Shown one piece after another: positions 28,420 to 40,082 of a stretch of 64,000 nucleotides of DNA. Both the position numbers and the translations under genes were made by a program. The first letter of the stretch is position 1, and each line of letters opens with the position of its first letter. The DNA is from Tubulanus polymorphus. Its lineage: Eukaryota > Animalia > Nemertea. The stretch lies in assembly GCF_964204645.1 (NCBI RefSeq), contig NC_134030.1, positions 6,924,778 to 6,988,777 of the forward strand, given 5' to 3'. The notes beneath the pieces were generated by a model. That model was given only the letters and a program-made list of their open reading frames with translations. It had not been told where the DNA came from and made no database searches.

Positions 28420-29330
28420 TGTTCTTAGTTAAAGAATGGATTCCATATTTTCATGACAGAACGATCCACACTCAAACGTGGTGAATGGATTATAAGATAA
28501 AAACCCACTATCTACAGATTAAAAGAATTTAAAAACAAGAATTTATTTATTGTATCTAAAATATATAGAAGACACCACGTTTCGATCTCACCCTAGAGAT
28601 CATCATCAGGTGTGAGATATAGACTAAAAACAGGGGTATATATACAGAGGAGAACAGGTTAATTGAGTAAATTGGTGAGTGAGTAAATAATTAGTGTTTG
28701 GCAAGGCATGAAGTAATATACTTAGAAAGAAGGGAATTGTGTGGAGAAAAGCCATTATCCAAATTGGTACTAATATCTGAGTGACGAGTAATTAGGGCAG
28801 ACTCAACTATGTGGCATTTAGTGTAATTGCTGGAAGTATAAATAATTTCGGCTTTATCAAAATTAAAACGATGACCAGTGTTCCCAACGTGATTGGCTAC
28901 GCCACTAGCTGGTTTTTGATTTCTTATATCCTTTTTGTGTTGTGAAATTCGAGTTTTTAATTCATGACCAGTTTCTCCGAATTTTATCACAGCCTAAACA
29001 AGGAATTTTGTTAACTCCGCAGTCCAAAGGTTTAGATTGATTGTTTTAAACCAAAGTCTTACTAATTTTATTTTCATACGTGAAAATGATTTGTTTATCC
29101 AATAAAGGGAGAGAGTGACGAAACTTTTCCAAAACAGGTACATAGGGAACTACAATGAACTCTGAAATGTGTTTTTTATTACCTGGAGGTTTAGAATTGA
29201 AGAAAGTGCGTTTAGCCTTAGAAATAGCGATTTTCAAAATGTGATCTGGGTAAGCCAATTTTTAAGAGAGTTGGATATATGGTCAAATTCAGCCGAAAGG
29301 AAGATTTCATCGCAGATCTGTAGTGCACGT
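28420..29330 (-). mobile_element. 5'-truncated, decayed Penelope-like retroelement (RT thumb end, GIY-YIG endonuclease, pLTR)
   Basis: Frameshifted and stop-interrupted reading RALQICDE..LAYPDH..VVPYVP..GVNKIPCLGCDK..GETGHELKTRISQHKKDI..VANHV..GHRFNF..VESALI, followed by a hammerhead-bearing 3' region. The left boundary is approximate. Confidence 0.88.
28572..28613 (-). ncRNA. Minimal type I hammerhead ribozyme motif in the Penelope pLTR (probably inactive)
   Basis: Minus strand reads ACAC-CTGATGA-T-GATCTC-tagggt-GAGATC-GAAA-CG-TG-GTGT. Core boxes, stem II and stem I are present, but the cleavage site is UG rather than UH. Confidence 0.75.
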
Positions 29331-30337
29331 GTTGATGTATGAGCAACCTATGTGCAAAGCTTAAAAGTTCTTGAGAAAAGAAAATTGTTGATAGGGCCTA
29401 TATGACTTAACTCCTGACCGATTGTCTGAATAGCTGAAATTTTATAAAGCTCCCTTTTTCAAGCATTTTTCATATGCGTTCGTCAGTTCAAACCAGTTTG
29501 TAATTACATAAAAATACGTAAGTCATCTAAGACATGTTTCTACTCGGATCGTGGTTGGTAAGATTTGTTATGGTGAAAGAACCTTTTCAGAGCTGTATAA
29601 GCAATAAAATATTGTGTGTAAGTAAGTGCCTTGAAATATTTCGTTAATGCGTCAGAGCAGGGAAGTGAGGACTGCAGGTTGGAATTGAAACGCAATACAA
29701 TGATATTAAAGCCCTCTTAGAAGAAATGTAACTAGGCTTTCATTGTGTTTTTTTACACACGTGGTGTTCTGAATGCTGAATAAGTCCTAGGCACAAAACC
29801 ATTGATAGAACGAAAGCTTATCGAGGCATAAATAAAATAAAAGCTTATTGAGGCATATTGTGAAACGCTCCTCTAAGTTAGCGCAGGTAAACTAACAGCT
29901 CTTACGTTAACCTAGATCTATTTTTGGCTCTAACTAGTATATATAGCCCATGTCTTTAACATAGCATGTTACTTAATTACCGCAAACCTCTGTCGACGTT
30001 GTGTCATCGCGGATATGTTTGAAAATCGTGGCAGAATGGTTATTATTCATTTTTTCAATTTGGAATTCAGAATGTGATATTTTTTTAGATGCTTGCCTCC
30101 GGGCAGATGTTGCCCAGAATCCGGTTAAGCTGAATTACGTACATATTACGATTAAACTCCGTAACATAAAAGCGATAATATCTTTGGATGAAACCTGGAG
30201 TCAAATTCAACTCACAACTGTATAACTGGAACCTATCCTGACGGATATCACCGGTGATATCGGAGACAGTTCGTTGTTCGCTTACGTTTCTTTTTTTCTC
30301 TTTTCAGAAATGTCGTAGGGCGAAAATCGAAAAAAAC

Positions 30338-31432
30338 ATGTTCGGTTTTCCGCGTTCGCTCTACCGGACCGACCAAGTGCCGAGCGTGTGCCGCGAGTTG
30401 TTCATCAATTCCGGCTACCGTAGTCCGCACAGTTCGATCAAACAATGCGTGATGAGCTTGTTCGAGGTGACCAACGAAACGGTGAACATCTGGACGCACA
30501 TTTTACCGGCTTTTTACTTCACGTGGAAGATCGTCAAGTGCTGGCAGTCGTACGATTTCGTCGACGACCCGTACGCGACGCCGCTGTTCATCTTACTGCT
30601 GTCGTGTTGGGGATACCTGATGGCCAGTTCGTTCGCGCACATATTCAGCGCCATGTCCGTTTTGTCGCGTCACGTTTGTTTTTTCATGGATTACGCGTCG
30701 TTGAGTTTGTACAGTTTCGGCTCGGCGGTCGCGTATCGCACGTACTGTCTACCGGACGGCGCGTACGTTGCGAACTACGGCAACTATTACCTATACGCGG
30801 CCGTATGTAACGCCATTCTGTGTACGGTGTTTTCGTGTTTATCGCGCTATCTCAAATTGTCGCCGCTGTTGACCACGTGTCGCATGATGTCGTTTTTGTT
30901 CCCGTACATTTACGACAACATCCCCATCATCTACCGCTTGGCTTTCTGTCACGGCGAAGATCTCGGCTGCCAAAGCGACGGCTTACGACTCCACTTCGGC
31001 CAGTACTTTTTTTCGTTACTGGCCGGCTTGGCTTACTGTTCGCATTTACCCGAGCGGATTCGACCGGGTACTTTCGATTTCATCGGACACAGTCATCAGA
31101 TATTTCACGTTATGGGCGCGATCGCCAGCTATCTGCAGATTAAAGCGACCATGAGCGATTCGGCCGCTCGGAAGTCTTTCATTTTAAAACACGATCAAAC
31201 GATTCCATCCAGTCAGTGGTTGTTTGCCTTGACGGCGTTCTTATCCGTCGTCAACGTCGCGATCATCGTCTACTTCGGGGTGCAAATGTACCTTTACAGT
31301 TTGCACGCCGACCACAAAGATAACCTACAACTAGTCGATCAGCTCGTCGACGGAGATAGCGATTTGGAAAATGAAGACGATGATGACGAAGATGATGATA
31401 ATTCCAACATAAAGCAAAAGAAAAGTCTGTGA
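30338..31432 (+). CDS. PAQR5: Membrane progestin receptor gamma-like (PAQR5/6 family), 364 aa, single coding exon
   Basis: Splice acceptor just before 30308, then ATG at 30338. PAQR motifs GYR, NETVNIWTH, SSFAH, DY, PER..PG.FD.IGHSHQIFH, with multiple hydrophobic segments. The N-terminus resembles PAQR5. Paralogue assignment is uncertain. Confidence 0.85.
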   Translation: MFGFPRSLYRTDQVPSVCRELFINSGYRSPHSSIKQCVMSLFEVTNETVNIWTHILPAFYFTWKIVKCWQSYDFVDDPYATPLFILLLSCWGYLMASSFAHIFSAMSVLSRHVCFFMDYASLSLYSFGSAVAYRTYCLPDGAYVANYGNYYLYAAVCNAILCTVFSCLSRYLKLSPLLTTCRMMSFLFPYIYDNIPIIYRLAFCHGEDLGCQSDGLRLHFGQYFFSLLAGLAYCSHLPERIRPGTFDFIGHSHQIFHVMGAIASYLQIKATMSDSAARKSFILKHDQTIPSSQWLFALTAFLSVVNVAIIVYFGVQMYLYSLHADHKDNLQLVDQLVDGDSDLENEDDDDEDDDNSNIKQKKSL

Positions 31433-32861
31433 TCAATTTCATTTCAGGGTTTGATCGAAGGAAGTAAAAATGATAGCCCGATGGGGGGACGATTAGTTTC
31501 ATGGTTCCTACAGGTCCTTAAACTCCTTGAATACCATGGTTTTAGGGGTAAAATGTCCTAAAATTCTGAGCTTCGCCTTCAAATCCCCATTATCCCCTTT
31601 AAATTCTGAAAATTGCCCCATAATTTTACTGGAGGGGCGACTTGAGTCGGGCTTCAAAGTTCTGAATTATAGAATATTTCAGTGCTGAGATCAAATCCTA
31701 TACGTTTTTTGTCACTGTCAATCGACTGAGGCTTCCAGTCGTTATTGTGATAATGTCTAGAAGTTAGGGTTTAGTGGTTTAGTTTTCTGTATGAAGTGCG
31801 ACCCTTCATTTTGATTAGGTATTCATAAAATACGTGGAATGTTTGGTGAGGTGCTTGCGGTGGAGCTAAGGTTTCTAGAAATATATTCTTTTGTCGTAAA
31901 ATCATTATGTACACACTTTCGTTTCAAAAAATGTACATTCAAATTTTTGGTATACCGGTAGCTTCAAATCATTTGACTTTCTTCCCTAGAAATTGTACCA
32001 TTCAAAGTCTCATGGTTTGAGCCCTTGTGTCGCACGTGCATTGCGTAGAATCGGCAAGTAATGCTTTATCGAGATGAAAAGTTTAGTGGTCTTCAGTTAG
32101 GCTAAATGTTTTTCTAAAAAAGTAAAAGCATATATAATGTGTTATTACTGTAATAAGTAAAAGGTTGCATGGTTACTAATTGATATCATCAGTCACTGCT
32201 GAAATAACTGTTGCCGTGGGATATCGAATTATAATTCCTGCTTGGATAATAATCAATCTACACGGAGAAAAAAGCTGCTTGCCATTATTAGCTTTCGGGT
32301 GGAAGATATAAGAAAATATATGTAATAACAGCAAACGACTTTTCATAGCTTTTGAATGGTGTCGATAATTGAAATGCCAATTTATGTTATGTATTAATTT
32401 TTTTTTTTTAAATATATATATATGCGTTTCTTACTTAAATGCCTTCGGATGAAGGCTATATTCATGCGATATATGAATTATATATTTTCTATATGAATTA
32501 TATATATTTTCATTTCAAAAGCTGCTCTTTGAATTTCGTACGAGAGAGTCGATTTGAGTTCATGGCATGTCCGCTCAGGGCATGATTCTATTTATTACTT
32601 TGACGTATGTAAGCATTATAACTGTTTACAACCTAGTCTGTTTCACCCGGTTGATCATGATATCATTTGTACTACATTTATATTTTCATATGTTATAACG
32701 ATTGAATAATTCCGTTGACTATTTTTTTAAAGGACGCATCTCTTGGTCTCACAGAAAATTACGCAATTATGTACGATACGAAAGTCTATTTCGATGTATG
32801 GTTATTTGTCAAAACATTATATGATAACGGGTTTCAATAGACAAGTGACTGCCTGATTTCC

Positions 32862-33151
32862 ATAAGGTAAAAACCCACAGTAAAATGAAGAAAAAAAACT
32901 CAACTCCCGATACACCCCCCACATCGGTGCAGAACAAATTGGGGATATAGAGAGTGTGGCGGTATATAGGGAGGGGGGTGTTTTACTATATATTTGTGTA
33001 GAGATGCACGTTGAGAAAACCTGGGGGTAGGCGGGGGTGGCAGTATATGGGAGGGCGGTTCATTGTAGTTTGAAGATGGCTCATAGAATTGCGGCGAAAA
33101 GTCAGATTCTCTTTTAGTTTTCTTTAATTCTATTGTGGGTTTTTACTTTAT
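32862..33151. mobile_element. TIR-bounded non-autonomous element downstream of the PAQR CDS
   Basis: Imperfect inverted termini ataaggtaaaaacccacagtaaaatgaagaaaa / ttttctttaattctattgtgggtttttactttat, with a G-rich internal duplication (gtggcggtatatagggagggg / gtggcagtatatgggagggcg). Confidence 0.55.
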
Positions 33152-35795
33152 TATATAGTAATATTTTATCGCTGTTTAAATGCTGTAGTGATTGATAACG
33201 CCGCATCTCATGACTTGTCCATTTGTGATCCCTAAAAATTCAGGTGGTACACTATGTTTTGCAAGTAATAAGTTGAATATGAATACTATATTTTTATAGA
33301 ATTTAATTTAACCGATTAATCCTAGAGAAATGAATTTTATATCCGTTATTGACCGTGCTAGATATTTGTTAGCGCTGAATTGTATTTTCGTAAGCTCGAT
33401 GATAAGCCTCCTGTATTGCGTTTGATCGTTCAAGGTGGAGAACGTGGGACATTTATTATCTAGAAAAAAGCTTAAATAAGAATATGATTTATATATCTAG
33501 GCAAGTGCCAGATCGTTTTCAATCTATGAAGTGTTTATAATGATACTGTAATTTATTTTCTTATACACCTTACTATAGCACTATGAGAATAATCATTGCA
33601 TTGTTGATATCTAGGCTACGATTAGTAAAAGTCAACACATTTTGGTGTCTTCTGATTCTCGATGAGAAGATTTTCTGTGTAAGCTCAAATAATGCAATCG
33701 TGGTGTCAAATCATTAGGTAATATGTTTATTTCAAATCATGTACTACTAGCTCACAAGCTACTACTCAGTGGTCCAATTGATTAAGATCTCTTTCTATGG
33801 CATCAATTGTGCCATATGTACTGGTAATTTCAAAAATGGCATTTTATGTGATACCAGCTATAGCAATTACAGTTGCACGTGTGGTGCTGCATATACTGGT
33901 AGTAGAAAAAAACATGCATTTTATATTTTCCGATACTGGTGAAAAATAGCGATTACCCTTGTTATAATCGAGGGGCTTACAAGACTGTATGAAATGCTGC
34001 ATTTCTTTTTATTGAAGCATGAATCGAATTCGATGGGACATCTGTTGTGAAATTAATCTACACACATACATATACACAATATTATTATATGGAATGGTTC
34101 ACACTTCTATCATATCGATGTGGCTCTTGTACACTTAAATACCTAAATAACAAAAGCAGAAATGTTAATAAGTTAATTGCTCGTAATATGTGACCTGCGA
34201 TTTGGGTTAACATGAAATTAGGATCAGCAAAAATTTCTAAGACTACACAACCTAATATATAATGGGTAGTCCGATAGTCACTAGTTCGTAGTAAACAGCT
34301 GTCAATCTGCGGCCTAGACCCACTTTCTGTTCTGGTGGCTCTCTGTTTTTTTTTTGGTGGTTCAGGCTTCACCTGTTTTGAAAATTTCATCCAAAAGGAT
34401 TTAAACTGAAAACTAAAACAAATTTACTACAAAACAGTTTCCAAAAAAGATCATCAAGACTTCATACTATTGAGTCTTCAGGAGGGAGGGTGATTCCAGG
34501 CTGCAGAATTTAAGGCTACTGGACCGGCGGATCCAGTGGCCAATCTTGAAGTACTTGTCACATCCCTTAAGAGTGCTTTGATGTCCAAAAAGGTGTACTC
34601 CCGCACTGAGGGGCTAATTTTGAAGAACATGTGAAAGGGCACTTTGATGTACTGAAAGAACTCCCGCGCTGAAATGTGAAATGCACCTATTAGTTGACAA
34701 AATGAAAAAGGTCACTCAAAATTTGATGAGCTTGTACAATAAAATAACAATATAAGTCTCATTAGTCCCCCTGGATCTATCTCAATGGTGGTAGATGGTG
34801 TCATTTGCATAAAGAATAACCTAAAACATACAATCTCTTTTTTACTAGTGCCATTTTAGAAATGCCTGCCTACAACTTCATTAACTTTCTAAAAATATGA
34901 CGCATGAAAAGATTATACCGGGGTATAAGCTTTTTAGTTTCTGCTATGTGATACAACAACGACGATTGTTGCTTTCGAATCATGAGAGCTCGATTTATTT
35001 ATATGGTAGATATTTTTGTAATCACATCAGCTACGACGACACAGTGTGTTCGGTTTACTAAAATACAAATTAAAACTGGTGTATTAATATATATTTATCA
35101 TTATTGATAATGAATTATTTATGAACTGTTAATCTATATACTGATGTTTCTAACAAAGCTTTTAATCAGTGTAATAGCTGCCAGGTGTGCTATTGAATAA
35201 TATATTGTTTACCGATAAAATAGTTTTTATTCTTGTCTTCTTTTTCCACTGAGAGGCTGGTTATCTGATGGAGTCATTCATTACTACCGGTACTTCAAAT
35301 TGCGTAAAGCTGCGGCTTGAAAATTGAAAGGTTTTTTTTTCGCAATTTGATTTACTGGTATTCTTTGTATTTCAAGTCTCTGACTGGCCTGGGAAATATC
35401 AATAGCTGAAATTATTCAGTTTTATTTGGAAATCCTCCAATCTTCGGACCAAATTTGCAATAACTTTACGTAATGCGCTACATCTGTTACTTACAGTGAA
35501 TATCTGGCTTTACATGTTTGTCATCTGTTACGCGAGGAAAAAAAAAGTAAGTTCACTAACACTGGATTCATGCAGTACACAGTCAATCGATTTATTTCAT
35601 AAATTTAACAAATTCTGTAATAATATTGCAATAATATAAGTATATATGAAAGAATTTTTCAAACAAAATAATTCGTGTACGGATGATTTGAAGACATCCT
35701 CCTACTGCTTTATTTCGGGTCAATAATGTACGAATCACAGTTTGATTCAGGGACGGATTCTGAGTAATATAAAGTCGCAACACACGCCAACTATT

Positions 35796-38700
35796 CTATG
35801 TTTCTTGCGCGGCTTCATCTTGAATATCTTCTGACACGATTCCTTCGACGCCAGCATCATCAACGGTCTTCTCTTCTTCAGTAGTTTTTTCTAGAAATGA
35901 AAAGCGACGGTAAATGTTAGGAACTCGAAGAGTCTCGTAACCACCATTCTTTGTGAAAAGTAGGCAAAAAAAGTAGCGTTATCATCCAAGTCTTCACTCT
36001 CAGTGAATGTCCCTTAAACTGATTTAGTCTTAATCAGACATATTACTTTGCTGGTCCCAACTTTTCCAACTTATGCAAGTGTTACTGTAGGCTATAAGAA
36101 ATGGGGCTAATGATTCTAAATAGGTATATTGTACAAACCTTCATCTGGATTGGTATCGCTGTTGGGTTTACTGCCACCATTCAACTCATCTTGTTCATCT
36201 ATTCGTGATAAAACGTCGGTTCCTTCATCTGAAACAAGTTCTGTTTGTTCCTTCTTAGTTCCGTCTCCTAAATACAATCACAGTGAATATATAAGCAAAA
36301 ATATACCATAAATCATAGGCCTAAATGCTACATAATCGCTGAAGTTCAGGTCCCTAGTAGTTGTCTGTGCCTGGTTTTCCAATGGCATGATAAATTGCCA
36401 TCGGCAAATCCATTCAAGATATTTTATTTTTTGTCTGAGACAAATACTTTTCATTCAAATAAATGTACAGGGTCATTCATTTATTACGTACGCATTAGGG
36501 GAGGGGGGAAAGGTCAGTGCAATTGCATACTGTAATGCTTAATGTATATGAAAAAATGGCCGATTTTGAGTACAGAGGGGGAGTTGAAAAATTCAAATTT
36601 TATGCGTACATTATAAATGAATGATCCCTACTGGGATCTGTTATTGGACCAAAGTTATTATCTTTTACTGATATTTATACAGTAGAATCCCCTTAATTTG
36701 GATCATTTGGGACCAATAAAATTCAATAATCTCCAGATTAGACCAAAATTCGGATTAAACGGGTTTGACTGTATCCCCTCGTGCTTGTAAAAATTTACCT
36801 GCACTCTCGGAGAGTGTTTGGGTTTGATCCTCATCAGTGTCGGTAACGGGTTGACTCTTAGCGAATATGACGTCTAACTCAGATTTGATATCGCTCACAC
36901 AATCTTTCACCTTCTGCATGCTCTCGTCGCTCATGTTTATATCTTCGACGACGGCCCAGTAGCCGGGCGGGAAAAACGTTACAGGCATCGAACAAACTGT
37001 ATTCTCCGGCACTTCGTACCAACCTGCGAGCAAAAATCCTTAACATAAATATTCTCAAGTAGTTTTTCAATCAAAAAGATCCACAATTCATTACATGTGC
37101 ACTAGGGAAAGAAAACTTATAATGTTTAATCAAAAACCATTAGTTTATCTAAAGGATTCATTCTTTTATTATTTTTATATTTATTACTGTCATTTACCAC
37201 TGTCACAAACCTTAGAAGAAACATACAGCATAGTTCCCTCGCAATTGTGAAAAATACTCGGAATTTGAAATTGATTATTGAAAGCGTTTAAATGCTGGAT
37301 TTTTAAACAAAAGCTTACCTTCCGATTTGACGACAAGCGAGTAAATCTCTCCGCGAGAACACCCTTGAAACCAGTGCGAAAGGAGAGTAGATATCGCCGA
37401 TCCGTGAGACGTTGCCGAATGGTGACGTAACGCCGTTTTTAAATTCTCTTCGCGTTGATTCACCGTTTCCATAAATTCGCTTTCCAACCATTTTCGATCG
37501 TAGATTTTCTCCAGAACGGGAACGGAATAGAACGGCGGTCCCCAGACAGCGCCGTCGTAGTGATGAACGCGACTGTTGTTAATGTCTACGTACTTATTTC
37601 CGTTGACGTTGCCCCAGATGATGACGTCGGCGACGCTCGCCGAATTCACGTTCAAACGCTGCGCGAGGACGGCTTTGGCCCTGTTCTCGAACAGTCGACT
37701 TAGACCGACGATATCGCAGCTTTTAACGTTCGTCGCGGTCCTCGAAATGATATCGACGATGAAATTAATCGGTCCCGAACTGGCAACCAATACTCGCACG
37801 TCTTTGCTACTGACATTGTTGATGGTTTCAGAGTATTTCGTGAAGTATTCGTAATATTTTGCGAGTTTAGCCGATTGGTCAGTTTCGGGTTCGAACTCTA
37901 ATTCATCCAGCATGACTATACACCAGCATCCTTTGAATGCCTCTTCGGGATCCGTGAACACAGTGACCTAGAATTATAAATTTCATACAATCGGTAACAT
38001 GTATTTTAATACCCTCAACCCAATGAGCCCATGCAGGACATTATCAGCGGATTCAATGTTTCTTTTTCCCAATTGAGGAGAGACCAAAGAAAAACATTCA
38101 AACAAGAAACTCTGCCGCCTCCAGGATTCGAACCCATGAATCACTGGATTGGCGAGTCCAGTGACCGGTGGCTTAAACCACTCAGCTTCTCAATAGAATC
38201 AGTAACTGAACTACACAAAGATGTTGGATATCGATCATATATGAATATCATCAGTCAGTTGCTCATAAATGGGTTCAAGTCAACTGGTCGACGCATGCCA
38301 TAGCCACAATCAATAATATTGCATTGTAACAATAATATTCGTTGACTGGTTAACTTTCACCAACTTTTAAGCAAATGACCCCCGAATCGGATAGAAACAG
38401 AGACAAACCTCGCGTAGTAATTCATTGGCTAAATCTTGCGCTTCCATTTGTACTCCGCGCAAACATTCTTGATTCTCTTCCTCCGTGTCCAATAAGTGAA
38501 GATTAACCTCGACATTTGGTCCGAGGATATCACCGCGAGCGAACGCCGGTATTAAATTGTACGCTACGGCGCTCGTCGCGTTCGTGATACAAACATGAAC
38601 CGGTTTACTCAACGCCCTTCGTTCTTTCTCTTCGTTGTCGAGCTCGATTTTCGTCTTGAGATTTTCATCGGCAATTTTCGTCATGTCATCGCTCGTCAGT

Positions 38701-39871
38701 TCGGACACGTCGCCGTAGTAACCTTTAGCGTATTCTTGAAAGTCATTAGCGCCACCTATTATTACGGCTTTTCCACCTCTGTCGACAAGTTCTCGCCATA
38801 TTAACGGAGATTTTGTATGCGTCCATCCCCTCTCCTTGCACGTTTCGTTTAACCAGTCCTGTATTAAAATTTTTTGAAAGATTCAATTAAACTAAATATA
38901 TCAGGGTGGCCGCTTTCAGCCCATTTACAAATCCCCCGAGCTTTCCCTGACTTTTCCATCTGATTACACAAATTTCTGGGTTCAGAATGTTACAATTCAT
39001 TCATTTTTCATTGATAAAGAATCACTCAGAGTTCTCCCTGGGTTTTTTCAGGTTGGTTATATTTGTCAAATTCCCTTTTGAGTTTTCCCTAATTCTTTCT
39101 AGATTTTTCTGAGACCCTCCCTGAGTTTTCCAGGTCAGTGATCACCCTGATACTTTCACTGGTTCCTCAGAGTTTAGAGTCAGTAGAGATATCAGGCATC
39201 CTATCTGCCTATCTGCCTCCTCCAACTCACAATACTAAGACACTGACCTGCCATTCTTCTTTCCGCTTCACAATTTTGTGAAGTTTAAAATCATTCAGAT
39301 TTTTTGACAGTTTGTCCGCCAGTAATTCAACGCGTGCGTAATATGGACAGCTCGCACAACCTACAACAATGTAATGCCGTAATTGAAGTGCGGTGACAAA
39401 AAAGTAATCAAGAAAGTAATTGACATTGTGACAAAATTTCATTGGGTGCGCTGGCGGCAGGGTCCCATAATTTTGAGAAAAATAAGTAGGCCTAAATGGT
39501 TTTGGACAAATGGATGGGGGGTGGGAAAAGTTTGCAGCCGAGCGGAGAAGATAGAGGGGTTTCATTCCGACAGGCCGTCCGACAGGTGACATTCATTCAT
39601 CTGACAAATTCATTCTCCACTCTTCCCCCCCTCACTCATCCTCTCCTCTTTTTAGCTATGCCTAAAAAGGTTCACAAATCACAGTGTTTTTATCAATCAT
39701 GTAAGGTTGTTAGGCCCTAAGTAGAAGAAGTTTCACTGGTGCGCAGCTTGGACCTCAGTTATGACTAATAATTAGCAACAGGTGTCATTGTAAGTTAATC
39801 AAAATTTAATCAAAAACTGGTAGAAATAAATGACATGACATTAACCTACCTGCAATAACTACTTTCGCCAT
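35796..39871 (-). CDS. MDH1B: Putative malate dehydrogenase 1B, 560 aa
   Basis: Exons 39871-39850, 39360-39248, 38858-38409, 37967-37319, 37023-36799, 36267-36139 and 35890-35796 total 1,683 nt. The N-terminus MAKVVIAGCASCPYYARVELLAD..SPLIWRELVDRGGK matches the recalled MDH1B start. Confidence 0.94.
36469..36629. mobile_element. MITE in an MDH1B intron
   Basis: ~27-bp imperfect TIRs agggtcattcatttattacgtacgcat / atgcgtacattataaatgaatgatccct. Confidence 0.7.
38105..38190 (-). mobile_element. tRNA-derived SINE head
   Basis: Minus strand has an A-box-like AGCTGAGTGG and a B-box GGTTCGAATCC, separated by the hairpin TCACTGGA..TCCAGTGA. There is no acceptor stem, so this is not a tRNA gene. Confidence 0.65.
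38902..39149. mobile_element. hAT-like MITE rich in TTCCCTG motifs
   Basis: Termini cagggtggccgct / agtgatcaccctg. Related partial copies lie at ~4760-4870 and ~22950-23160. No clean TSD. Confidence 0.55.
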
Positions 39872-39886
39872 TTTGACGCCGTATCG

Positions 39887-39900
39887 GTTGCCATGGAAAC
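39887..39900. promoter_or_regulatory. RFX X-box upstream of MDH1B, in the MDH1B/NIFK bidirectional promoter
   Basis: GTTGCCATGGAAAC, a canonical 14-bp X-box, 15 nt upstream of the MDH1B ATG. Confidence 0.75.
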
Positions 39901-40082
39901 CATATTCAGCGATTAAAATCTATAATTCCTTATCTTAAGATATATTCAAAAATGATTTTTCGATTGTGGGAATTGGCAATTATTTCTAGTTCGATATGAA
40001 ATTAAACAATTCAACTATTACTAATTCGGTAATGATTTTCATGAAGTGTGGACCCTGCCACCAGGAGGCGCTCACTTTCATA

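Noticed and set aside
30254-30337. N-terminal extension of the PAQR ORF in the ORF track
   Set aside because: It starts at GTG and runs through a polypyrimidine tract and acceptor; ATG 30338 fits homologues.
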